From: Alphaproteobacteria bacterium
GTDB taxonomy: Bacteria; Pseudomonadota; Alphaproteobacteria; UBA828
Length of the DNA stretch: 64,000 nt
Direction of reading: 5' to 3'
Assembly: GCA_963667785.2 (NCBI GenBank)
Contig: CAXXMU010000005.1
Span: 128,001 to 192,000, forward strand
Positions 42,962-51,809 of this stretch are shown here, piece by piece. Made by a program: the position numbers and the translations under genes. A model generated the notes under the pieces. The model saw only the letters and a program-made list of their open reading frames with translations, was not told the origin of the DNA and did not search any database. Each line of letters opens with the position of its first letter. Position 1 is the stretch's first letter.

Positions 42962-44020
42962 ATGGCTGACACCACCGTGGCCGGCGGAGCGGGTCTGCTC
43001 GAACGGCTGGCCCGGGGGCCGGTGATCTGCGCCGAGGGCTACCTCTTCGAGATCGAGCGGCGCGGCTACCTCAGCGCCGGCGCCTACGTGCCGGAGGCGG
43101 TGCTCGAGCACCCCGACGCGGTGGCCCGGCTGCACCGGGACTTCCTGCATGCGGGCTCGGAGGTGATGCTGGCCTTCACCTACTACGCCCACCGCGAGAA
43201 GCTCCGGCTGATCGGCAGGGAAGGCGCACTCGAGGAGCTGAACCGCACAGCGCTCCGGCTCGCGCGGGAGGCGGCCCTGGAAAGCGACGCGCTGGTGGCC
43301 GGCAACGTCTGCAACTCCAACATCTTCGTCGACGGCGACGCGGAGTCCGCCCGCACCGTACGCGCCATGTTCGACGAGCAGGTGGGTTGGGCGGTCGACG
43401 AGGGCGTGGACTTCATCGTCGCCGAGACCATCTCCTACTGCAGCGAGGCCCTTCTCGCGCTCGAGGCGATCAAGGCAGCCGGGCTGCCTGCGGTGATCAA
43501 TCTCGCCATCCACCGCGAGCCCGAGACCCGCGACGGCCTGACCCCGGCCGAGGCGGCCAAGCGGCTCGAGGACGCGGGTGCCGATGTCGTGGGGCTCAAC
43601 TGCACGCGCGGACCGGCCTCCATGCTGCCGCTCTTGGGCCCGATCCGCGAGGCGGTGGGCTGCCACGTCGCGGCGCTGCCCGTGGCCTACCGCACCAGCG
43701 CGGCCGAGCCCACTTTCCAGTCGCTGAGCGATCCGGGCTGCGGCTGCCTGCCGGAGGGGCGGCCCTTCCCCACCGCGCTCGACCCCTTCACGGTCAACCG
43801 CTACGAGATCGAGGAGTTCACCCGGGAGGCGCAGGCGCTCGGCGTCGGCTATCTCGGGGTCTGCTGCGGCGCAGGCCCGCACCACATCCGCGCCGTGGCG
43901 GAGGCGCTCGGCCGCCGGCCGCCGGCGAGCCGCTACTCGCCCGACATGTCCCAGCACGCCTTCTACGGCACGTCCGACCAGATTCCCGCTGGCTACAAGG
44001 CGTACAAGGGTAACCTCTAG
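42962..44020 (+). CDS. Homocysteine S-methyltransferase (BHMT-like), copy 1
   Basis: AFTYYAHREK, GLNC and GVCCG Zn ligands. Confidence 0.88.
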   Translation: MADTTVAGGAGLLERLARGPVICAEGYLFEIERRGYLSAGAYVPEAVLEHPDAVARLHRDFLHAGSEVMLAFTYYAHREKLRLIGREGALEELNRTALRLAREAALESDALVAGNVCNSNIFVDGDAESARTVRAMFDEQVGWAVDEGVDFIVAETISYCSEALLALEAIKAAGLPAVINLAIHREPETRDGLTPAEAAKRLEDAGADVVGLNCTRGPASMLPLLGPIREAVGCHVAALPVAYRTSAAEPTFQSLSDPGCGCLPEGRPFPTALDPFTVNRYEIEEFTREAQALGVGYLGVCCGAGPHHIRAVAEALGRRPPASRYSPDMSQHAFYGTSDQIPAGYKAYKGNL

Positions 44021-44084
44021 CGCAGGCCGCCGCCGCCGGGCGGCGTCCACCGGCACGCGCGCCGGAACCACGGAGGATGCGCGC

Positions 44085-45143
44085 ATGACCGATACCGCAG
44101 CGTCTGGCAAGGCAGGCCTGCTGGAGTGGCTCGGGGCCGGGCCGGTGATCTGCGCCGAGGGCTACCTGTTCGCGCTCGAGAGCCGCGGCTACCTCACCGC
44201 CGGCCCCTACGTGCCCGAGGCGGTACTTGAGCACCCGGAGGCGGTGATCCAGCTGCACCGCGAGTTCCTGCGCGCCGGCTCCGACGTGGTGCTGGCCTTC
44301 ACCTACTACGCCCACCGCGAGAAGCTCCGGCTGATCGGCCGCGAGGACGACCTCGAGGAGATGAACCGCACCGCGCTCAGGCTCGCGCGGGAGGTGGCGG
44401 CCGAAGGGAACGCGCTTGTCGCTGGCAACGTGAGCAACTCCAACATCTTCGTCGACGGCGATGCGGCCTCCGCCCGCACCGTGCGCGCCATGTTCGACGA
44501 GCAGGTGGGCTGGGCGGTCGACGAGGGCGTGGACTACATCGTCGCCGAGACCATCGGTCACGCGAACGAGGCCCTGCTCGCGCTCGAGGCTATCAAGGCG
44601 GCCGGGCTGCCGGCGGTAATCACCCTCGCCATCTTCCGCGAGCCCGCGACGCGCGAGGGCCTGAGCCCGGCCGAGGCGGCCAGGCGGCTCGAAGACGCGG
44701 GCGCCGATGTCGTGGGGCTCAACTGCGTTCGCGGACCTGCCTCCATGCTGCCGCTGCTGGGCCCGATCCGCGAGGCGGTGGACTGCCACGTGGCGGCGCT
44801 GCCGGTCGCCTACCGCACCGGCGGGGACGACCCGACCTTCCTCTCGCTGAAGGATCCCGACTGCGCCTGCCTGCCGGAGGGGCGGCCCTTCCCCACCGCG
44901 CTCGACCCCTTCGCCTGCAACCGCTACGAGATCGCGGAATTCGCGAGAGACGCATACGCGCTCGGCGTCAACTATCTGGGCGTCTGCTGCGGGGCGGCGC
45001 CGCACCACATCCGCAGCATGGCGGAGGCGCTCGGCCGCCGGCCGCCGGCGAGCAGGTACTCGCCCGACATGTCGCGGCACGCCTACTTCGGCACCGTCGA
45101 CGAGATCCCGGCTGCGAACAAGGCGATCGCGGACTCGCTTTAG
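44085..45143 (+). CDS. Homocysteine S-methyltransferase (BHMT-like), copy 2
   Basis: Same length (352 aa) and motifs as copy 1; tandem paralog. Confidence 0.88.
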   Translation: MTDTAASGKAGLLEWLGAGPVICAEGYLFALESRGYLTAGPYVPEAVLEHPEAVIQLHREFLRAGSDVVLAFTYYAHREKLRLIGREDDLEEMNRTALRLAREVAAEGNALVAGNVSNSNIFVDGDAASARTVRAMFDEQVGWAVDEGVDYIVAETIGHANEALLALEAIKAAGLPAVITLAIFREPATREGLSPAEAARRLEDAGADVVGLNCVRGPASMLPLLGPIREAVDCHVAALPVAYRTGGDDPTFLSLKDPDCACLPEGRPFPTALDPFACNRYEIAEFARDAYALGVNYLGVCCGAAPHHIRSMAEALGRRPPASRYSPDMSRHAYFGTVDEIPAANKAIADSL

Positions 45144-45257
45144 ACCTTTGTCGCTCACGGCAGCCGGCCTGTGGCCGGCGCCTGCGCGGGCGCGCCGCAT
45201 AAGCGGCGGGCCGCAGTCGCGGCCTGTCGCGTATCCGTCAGGAACGGATACGCTCAG
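45141..45257 (-). repeat. Multi-hairpin dispersed repeat, copy 3 (shorter, inverted)
   Basis: ctttgtcgctcacggcagccggc...gcataagcggcgggccgcagtcgcggcctgtcgcgtatccgt; starts at the TAG stop of methyltransferase copy 2. Confidence 0.85.
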
Positions 45258-45284
45258 GGACGGCGGGGAGAGAACGGCCCGGCG

Positions 45285-46895
45285 TCAGGCGCCGACGCCG
45301 CCGTAGGCGACGCCCGAGAGGCGCGCCATGTCCTCCTTCCAGGTCACGAGGTCGTCGCGGCAGAGCCCGCTCAGGTGAGAATGGCCGCAGGCGCGCGCCA
45401 TGATCTTCATCAGCTCGACGCTCGCCTCGAAGAAGTTGGCGAGCCGGCGCGCCGACTTCTCCACCTCGATGCGCGCGGTCAGATGCGGCTTCTGCGTCGC
45501 GATGCCGACCGGGCAGTTGTTGGTGTGGCAGGCGCGCATGCCGAGGCAGCCGATCGCCTGGATTGCCGCGTTGGAGACGGCCACCGCGTCCGCGCCGAGC
45601 GCCAGCGCCTTGGCGAAATCGGCCGGCTTGCGCAGTCCGCCGGTGATCACCAGCGTCACGTCCCCGCGCTCCGACGCGTCGAGATGGCGCCGCGCGCGCG
45701 CCAGTGCCGGAATGGTCGGCACCGAGATGTTGTCGCGGAAGATGAGCGGCGCCGCCCCGGTGCCGCCGCCGCGGCCATCCAGGATGATGTAGTCGACCCC
45801 CACCTCGAGGGCGGCGTCGATGTCCTTCTCGACGTGCTGGGCCGAGAGCTTGTAGCCGATGGGGATGCCGCCGGTATGGCTGCGGACCTCGTCGGCGAAG
45901 TCCCGCACCTGGCGCCAGTCGGACCAGTCGGGGAAGCGCGGCGGCGAGACCGCGGGCGAGCCTTCGGGCAGGCCGCGCACCTCGGCGATCTTGCCCTTCA
46001 CCTTCTCGCCCGGCAGGTGCCCGCCGGTGCCGGTCTTCGCCCCCTGCCCGCCCTTGAAGTGGAAGGCCTGCACGTTCTCGAGCTTGTCCCAGGAAAAGCC
46101 GAAGCGGCCCGAGGCGTACTCGTAGAAATAGCGGCTGCAGGCCTGCTGCTCCTCCGGCAGCATGCCGCCCTCTCCCGAGCAGATGCCGGTGCCGGAAAGC
46201 TCCGCGCCCCGCGCGAGCGAGACCTTGGCGGGCTCCGACAGCGCGCCGAAGCTCATGTCCGAGACCAGCAGCGGGATGCTGAGCGTGAGCGGCTTCTGCG
46301 CATTGGGGCCGATCACCACCTCGGAGCCCACGGGCTCGTCGTCGAGATGCGGCATGCGGTGGAGCTGCGCGGTGACGAACTGGATGTCGTCCCAGCTCGG
46401 CAGGTCCTGGCGCGGCACGCCCATGGCGACGACGACGCCGTGATGGCCGGTCTTCGTCAGTCCGTCCCTGGCGTAGCCCTGGATGAGCCCGACATGGGGC
46501 TCCTCGGGCGCAGGGTGCGTGTCGGCGTAGAGGCCGAGATACTCGTCGCGCCTGAAGGGCTGCGGGTGATCCTTCTCCCAGGCGCCGATCTCGTCCGCAT
46601 CGACCAGCACCTCGCCGTCCTCGATCCACGAGGTGAACTTGGGCAGGATCTCCTCGTTGTTGTACTCGCTGACGCCGGTATCGAGGCGGTAGTCCCAGTA
46701 GTGCACGCCGCAGATCAGGTTCTCGCCGTCGACGTAGCCGTCGGCCATGAGCGCGCCGCGATGCAGGCAGCGGCCGTAGAAGACCGAGACCCGGTCGTCG
46801 TAGCGCACGACGCAGAGATCGACCTCGCCGACCAGGGCGTAGGCCGGCTTGCGGTCCTCCAGCTCGTCGAGCGACTTGATCGATATCCTGTTCAT
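45285..46895 (-). CDS. Rieske domain fused to FMN-binding glutamate-synthase-like domain
   Basis: CLHRG...CGVH Rieske; MSFGALS, SGEGG, GQGAK...GGHL, DGRGGGTG, CLGMRACHTNNCPVG. Confidence 0.88.
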   Translation of the reverse strand: MNRISIKSLDELEDRKPAYALVGEVDLCVVRYDDRVSVFYGRCLHRGALMADGYVDGENLICGVHYWDYRLDTGVSEYNNEEILPKFTSWIEDGEVLVDADEIGAWEKDHPQPFRRDEYLGLYADTHPAPEEPHVGLIQGYARDGLTKTGHHGVVVAMGVPRQDLPSWDDIQFVTAQLHRMPHLDDEPVGSEVVIGPNAQKPLTLSIPLLVSDMSFGALSEPAKVSLARGAELSGTGICSGEGGMLPEEQQACSRYFYEYASGRFGFSWDKLENVQAFHFKGGQGAKTGTGGHLPGEKVKGKIAEVRGLPEGSPAVSPPRFPDWSDWRQVRDFADEVRSHTGGIPIGYKLSAQHVEKDIDAALEVGVDYIILDGRGGGTGAAPLIFRDNISVPTIPALARARRHLDASERGDVTLVITGGLRKPADFAKALALGADAVAVSNAAIQAIGCLGMRACHTNNCPVGIATQKPHLTARIEVEKSARRLANFFEASVELMKIMARACGHSHLSGLCRDDLVTWKEDMARLSGVAYGGVGA

Positions 46896-46959
46896 GGGCC
46901 CCAGCCTTCCGCCGCCGCGCGCGCCCGGCGCGGCGTCCTCTCGATGGTCACGCGCCCCC

Positions 46960-47199
46960 TCACTCGTCTGCGTCGGCCAAGGATATTCCGCGTCTGCGCA
47001 GCAGGCGCTTGGCTTGCCTGGAGACGGTGTGGGCGACACCCAGCAGAGCGAAGGCGCCCATGACGCCCGCGAAGATGCCGAAGCCGGAGATGAGCGTGCC
47101 GCGAATCTGCTGCTGCACCTCCAGATAGACCCACCAGGAGGCGTAGCCGAGGCCGGCGGTCACGATCGCGCCGACAACGATCCAGGCGAAGTTGCGCAT
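46960..47199 (-). CDS. Small two-TM hypothetical protein
   Basis: 79 aa, two hydrophobic segments, starts 3 bp after the upstream stop. Confidence 0.7.
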   Translation of the reverse strand: MRNFAWIVVGAIVTAGLGYASWWVYLEVQQQIRGTLISGFGIFAGVMGAFALLGVAHTVSRQAKRLLRRRGISLADADE

Positions 47200-47202
47200 C
47201 GC

Positions 47203-47991
47203 TCAGAGCACCTTGGCCTTGTCGATGTCGACCTTGAAGACCAGGAGGTCGTCGAGGCGCTCGACCTCGCCTTCGAGCTGGATAAGGACCGCCACGTAGT
47301 CGCCGAAGTGGTCCGGGAGCGGCCCACCCGTCTCGTCGGCCATCAGCAGGAAGGTCTCGCCGGCGACCGCGCCTTCCTCTTGCGTCACGAAGATCGGCGG
47401 CGCGCCGGAGGAGATGCAGAGGTTGGCGCAAGCCTTGTGCGCGAGCCCGTCGCCAGGCCGCATGGCGCCCAGATGGCACTTGCTGTCGCAGATCTCGCCG
47501 ATGAGGCGCCAGCGGCCGAGGGGTTCGGACGGGGCCGGGGTGAATGTCGGCGGCGGCTCGCCTTCGCCCGCCTCTACCGCCTGCAGGGACTTCTTGCCCT
47601 GGACCTGCAGCATGTCGATGTCGCCGCGCTGGAACATGAAACCCTTCACGTCCACAAGCTGGCCGAAGAGCTTGCGGCCGCGGCGCTTGACGCTGCGCTT
47701 GCCGGGCACCGTGAGCATGACCGTGCGGGCTTCGGGATTCTTGGCGTCCGGGCGCACACGGAGGATCGGATAGGGCTTCTCCAGCAGGACCCCCGTCATC
47801 TCCTGCTTGCCGAGCTTGCGCGCGAACGTACCGTCGCCGGGATCGTTCGCGTTGGTGCCTAGCGCGAAGGCCAATCCCGCCATGCCGCCCACGAGCGCCG
47901 CGGCGACCACCACCAGGAAGATCGCGAGCGGACGCGGCACGGTGTTCAGGTAGCCGACGAAGAAGCCGGGGTCGCGCGCGCGGCCTGCCAT
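47203..47991 (-). CDS. Membrane-anchored hypothetical protein with Cys/His motif
   Basis: FFVGY plus one TM; GEICDSKCHLGAMRPG..AHKACANLCISSG; starts 1 bp after the upstream stop. Confidence 0.8.
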   Translation of the reverse strand: MAGRARDPGFFVGYLNTVPRPLAIFLVVVAAALVGGMAGLAFALGTNANDPGDGTFARKLGKQEMTGVLLEKPYPILRVRPDAKNPEARTVMLTVPGKRSVKRRGRKLFGQLVDVKGFMFQRGDIDMLQVQGKKSLQAVEAGEGEPPPTFTPAPSEPLGRWRLIGEICDSKCHLGAMRPGDGLAHKACANLCISSGAPPIFVTQEEGAVAGETFLLMADETGGPLPDHFGDYVAVLIQLEGEVERLDDLLVFKVDIDKAKVL

Positions 47992-47992
47992 G

Positions 47993-49075
47993 CTATGCCT
48001 CCGTCTCACTCGTTGGCGTGACGCGCACCGGCTCGACATGGGTACCGGGCTCGTTGGGCCGGGGGTCGAGCAGGATCCGCCTGCCGTCGAGCCTGAGACG
48101 GTAGGTGGCGGCCTTCTCGGTGAAGGGGGGCGGCGAGCAGCCGTCGCTGGGCCGGTACTGGAAGCCGTGCCACGGGCAGGTCACGTAGCCGTCCACGATG
48201 CGCCCTTCGCCGAGCGGGCCGTTCTGGTGGGCGCAGACGTTGGCGAGCGCCGACAGCCTGTCGCCGTAGCGAAAGACCGCGACGCGCTCGCCGTCCTCCA
48301 GCGCCACCACGATGCCGCGCCCGTCGGCGATATCGTCCACCTGGCCGGCCAAGACCCAGGGCGACTCAGCGGTGCTCTCGGACGCGCTCTCGGCGGTGTT
48401 GCGGTCCTTCTGCCGCTCGATGCGCCCGGCGATCAGGTGCAGGCCGGTGACCGCGATCACGCTGAGGCCCACGACGGCGGCCAGCAGCGGGCTTTGCTTC
48501 GACTGCAGCGAGCCGAGCACGATGTGGCAGACGATCGCCGCATAGGCGACATAGATCGAGATGTGGATCGCCTTCCAGATCGGCGGCGTCAGGAACCTGA
48601 GCCAGAAGTCGTGACTCGTCGCCGCCAGCACCAGCAGCAGGAAGAGCGCGAAGATGCCGAAGGTCTCGAAAGGGAACCCGAGGAACCGGTCGTAGCTCGT
48701 GTTGCTCGCCAGCACGGCCACGTACTTGTTCAGCGGGCTGAACGAGAAGTAGATGCTAACGATGGTGCTCGCGTGGGTGAAGGCGACCGCGCAGGTGATC
48801 ACGCCGAAGTGGCGGCGGTTGTAGAGGAGGGGCAGGAAGCGCGTATCCAGCCGTGCGAGCGGCCCTATGCAGAGAATGAACGTGAGCATCAGGAAGGCGC
48901 AGGTGCCGAAGGCCTGCGCCCGAAGAATTGCGCCGCTGGTCGGTCTGGTGACGTCCTGAAAGCCCGGCGCGATCTTGATGTAGAGAAGGATGTAGGCGAC
49001 GACGGCGGCCAGCAGCACCACGTCGTAGAAGATCTTGTTACGGTTCCAGCCGACCGGCGCGTAGCGCACGCTCAT
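47993..49075 (-). CDS. Ferric-reductase/MsrQ-like heme membrane domain fused to a C-terminal Rieske domain
   Basis: LYNRRHFGV..FTH, LAATSHD, WKAIH..YVAY...H; CAHQNGPL...CPWHG. Confidence 0.87.
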   Translation of the reverse strand: MSVRYAPVGWNRNKIFYDVVLLAAVVAYILLYIKIAPGFQDVTRPTSGAILRAQAFGTCAFLMLTFILCIGPLARLDTRFLPLLYNRRHFGVITCAVAFTHASTIVSIYFSFSPLNKYVAVLASNTSYDRFLGFPFETFGIFALFLLLVLAATSHDFWLRFLTPPIWKAIHISIYVAYAAIVCHIVLGSLQSKQSPLLAAVVGLSVIAVTGLHLIAGRIERQKDRNTAESASESTAESPWVLAGQVDDIADGRGIVVALEDGERVAVFRYGDRLSALANVCAHQNGPLGEGRIVDGYVTCPWHGFQYRPSDGCSPPPFTEKAATYRLRLDGRRILLDPRPNEPGTHVEPVRVTPTSETEA

Positions 49076-49091
49076 CGTCCGCACGCCCCCC

Positions 49092-49271
49092 TCACGGCTC
49101 GGTCCCCTCGGCGGATGCCCCGGCTCCGGTCGCGGGCTCCTCGAGCTGGACGGCGGGCTTCTCCGTCGGCCCGTGCTGGCGAATGGCGAGCGCCGCGATC
49201 AGCATGGCGGGCAGGAAGATCGCGAGCGCCTTCCACATGTAGGCGTGGGCGGCGCGGTGCCGACGCAGCAT
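49092..49271 (-). CDS. Small single-TM hypothetical protein (59 aa)
   Basis: Manual translation MLRRHRAAHAYMWKALAIFLPAMLIAALAIRQHGP...; fills the gap within the operon. Confidence 0.6.
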   Translation of the reverse strand: MLRRHRAAHAYMWKALAIFLPAMLIAALAIRQHGPTEKPAVQLEEPATGAGASAEGTEP

Positions 49272-49281
49272 GAGGGTGCCC

Positions 49282-49494
49282 TCAGCCCCGTTGCCGCTCG
49301 GCTTCGACCCAGCGCCAGATGACCAGCGGCCAGAGCACGATGCAGCCGGGGATCAGGAGCGGGCGGAAGGCGTAAACACGCCGCGCACGGACATCCACCC
49401 GCTCGATGCCATAGAGCAGGAAGGCGGCGGCGACGGCGAGGCCGACATAGCCGTAATACTGCAGGACCTCGATGACGATGCGTGCCGCGTCCAC
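49282..49494 (-). CDS. Small membrane hypothetical protein (70 aa)
   Basis: YGYVGLAVAAAFLLYGIERVD...FRPLLIPGCIVLWP; first gene of the operon. Confidence 0.7.
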   Translation of the reverse strand: MDAARIVIEVLQYYGYVGLAVAAAFLLYGIERVDVRARRVYAFRPLLIPGCIVLWPLVIWRWVEAERQRG

Positions 49495-49730
49495 GCTCGA
49501 CCCCCCTGAAGAGCGGCGCCGCCGCCGGCCCCCGTCGGAGACCGCGTCCCCGCGTCGGACAGCCGCCCTCGGCGCGGCTGAACGATACGGACGATCAGCG
49601 CGCGTGCCAAGCCCTGCGCGCGATCAACTATGCGCGAACGGCATGTCAGAAGCGTTGGAATTCCAGTGATGTCCTCCCCGCCGGCGTGCCGGGAGGCGGT
49701 GCCCTGCCGCGTCCGCCCGGGCGCGGCACG

Positions 49731-50069
49731 TCAGGACGCGAAGGACTCGAGCGCGGCGGCCCTGCTCGGATGGACCTTGATGAGCACGTCCACACCGCCC
49801 CCGGCGAAGGCCGCGGCGACGACGCCTTGCGGCGAGCAGACGGCCACGGCGGCGCCACGATCGCGCAGGACCCTGGCGGTGATCCGGAGAGCGCGCAAAC
49901 CCGTGTTGCCGATATAGGCGAGCTCCTCGAAATCCAGGATCACGGCACGGTCGCCGTTCCGGAGCGACCCGGTGATCGCCTTCTCGAGCGCCCCGGCGTC
50001 GCGCGCCTCGATCCGCCCGCTCACGCGCGCGACCAGCACGCCCTCGTGCCGTTCGTTCGTCACTTGCAT
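49731..50069 (-). CDS. STAS domain / anti-sigma-factor antagonist
   Basis: VSGRIEA, VILDFEELAYIGNTGLRAL; 112 aa. Confidence 0.8.
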   Translation of the reverse strand: MQVTNERHEGVLVARVSGRIEARDAGALEKAITGSLRNGDRAVILDFEELAYIGNTGLRALRITARVLRDRGAAVAVCSPQGVVAAAFAGGGVDVLIKVHPSRAAALESFAS

Positions 50070-50315
50070 CGCGGTCCCCTCCCTGAAGGCGGCGCGCGCC
50101 TATAACACGGGCGAGCGCATGCCTGCCAGTACCGTCAGAGCCGAACAGGCCAGCAGGCCGGCGGACCGGCCCATGCCACCCGCGGGTGATGGACCATGCG
50201 TGAGCGGCATAACGGAAAGACTGGATTTCCGGCAGCGCCGGCCCCATTATCTTATCGAGCGGCGGCCGTCCGAGCGCGACAGCACGCCCGGGGCCCGACC
50301 GCAGAGGGCTGGGAG

Positions 50316-51809
50316 ATGGCCACCTCGACCATACCGTTTGCGCGCGGCCTGCCGGGCATCGGCAGCGTCATCGACATGGCGCGGGATACGCGCGCCTTCC
50401 TCACCGACAGCTACCTGGAGCACGGGCCGGTCTTCGGCATGCGCCTGCTCAACCGGCACTACACCGTGCTGGCCGGCGTGGAGGCCAATCGTTTCCTCGC
50501 GCGGGAAGGCACGAGGCACTTCCGCTCCTTCGAGTTCTGGAGCGGCTTCAACGCCTGGTTCGGCGCGGCGCGGTCCACGCTGAGCGCCGACGGCGCGGAG
50601 CACGCGGCGTTCCGGCGCGCGCTGAAGCGGGGCTATTCCCGCGAGTACGCCGTCGAGCGCATGGACGGCATGATCGACATCGCCCGCCAGGAGATCGCGG
50701 CGTGGCCGCTGACGCGGCCCATGCCCGCGGCGCCGGCGCTGCAGCGGATCGTCACCGACCAAGTGGGCACGCTGGTCGGCGGCGTCTCGCCGCGCGCCTA
50801 CAACGACGACCTGGTCCGCTACGTGCACGCGGTGCTGTCGGCCACTCTCGTCCCCAGCCCCCACCTGCGCTGGTCGCCGCGCTTTCGCCGCGCCTCTGCC
50901 CGCGTCGACAGGCTCTACCGCGAGGTGATCGAGTGCCACTCGGGCTCGATGCGGGAGCGGCACGGCGCCGAGCCCGACCTGATCGACGACCTGCTGGACC
51001 TGCACGAGGCCGACCCGCGCTTCTTCCCCGAGGCGGACCTGAAGCTCGCAGCACTGGGCCCCTTCGTCGCGGCGCTCGACACGGTGGCGGGCACCTGCGC
51101 CTTCATGCTCTACGCCCTGCTGCGGCACCCGGACGTGCTGGAGCGGGTGCGCGAGGAGGCGGACGACCTCCTCACCGGCAGCGCACCGGCGGCCGAGCGC
51201 CTGCGCCAGATGGACACGCTGCACCGCGCGGCGCTGGAGACCATGCGGATGTATCCGGTGACCCCGCTGCTCATCCGCACCGCCGCCAACTCCTTCGAGT
51301 TCGCGGGCCACCGCATCCCCGCCGGCGAGCGCATGATGATCGCCACCGCCGTGCCCCACTACCTGCCCGAGTACTTCCCCGAGCCGGAGCGCTTCGACAT
51401 CGACCGCTACGGGCCGGAGCGGGCGGAGCACAAGAAGCCCTACGTCTACGCGCCCTTCGGCCTCGGCTCCCACCGCTGCCTCGGCAACGGCTTCGCCGAG
51501 GTGCAGATCGCGGCCACCATGGCGACCATCCTGCACGAGGTCGACCTCGACCTCGACCGGGCCGGCTACAACCTGAAGACCACCCAGTTCCCCATGCCCG
51601 CGCCGGACGAGTCCTTCAAGGTCCGGGTCAGAGGGCGGCGCGGGGCCGTGCAGCCGCTGGCCGAACGGAATCCGTGGAGCGCCGCTGGGGGGACGCGTGG
51701 GGTCCTCGCCGGGGGCGCGTTGTGGGGGGCGCTCGGCGCCGCAGCCGCGCGCGAGGCCTTTCGCTCGCTCACGCCGGCGCATCTCGGCCGGCGCACGTTC
51801 ATCCGATGA
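50316..51809 (+). CDS. Cytochrome P450
   Basis: ETMRMYP (ExxR), PERFD, FGLGSHRCLG heme motif. Confidence 0.93.
   Translation: MATSTIPFARGLPGIGSVIDMARDTRAFLTDSYLEHGPVFGMRLLNRHYTVLAGVEANRFLAREGTRHFRSFEFWSGFNAWFGAARSTLSADGAEHAAFRRALKRGYSREYAVERMDGMIDIARQEIAAWPLTRPMPAAPALQRIVTDQVGTLVGGVSPRAYNDDLVRYVHAVLSATLVPSPHLRWSPRFRRASARVDRLYREVIECHSGSMRERHGAEPDLIDDLLDLHEADPRFFPEADLKLAALGPFVAALDTVAGTCAFMLYALLRHPDVLERVREEADDLLTGSAPAAERLRQMDTLHRAALETMRMYPVTPLLIRTAANSFEFAGHRIPAGERMMIATAVPHYLPEYFPEPERFDIDRYGPERAEHKKPYVYAPFGLGSHRCLGNGFAEVQIAATMATILHEVDLDLDRAGYNLKTTQFPMPAPDESFKVRVRGRRGAVQPLAERNPWSAAGGTRGVLAGGALWGALGAAAAREAFRSLTPAHLGRRTFIR

Noticed and set aside
42962-45143. Tandem methyltransferases as an assembly duplication
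   Set aside because: The copies differ by many synonymous and non-synonymous changes throughout.
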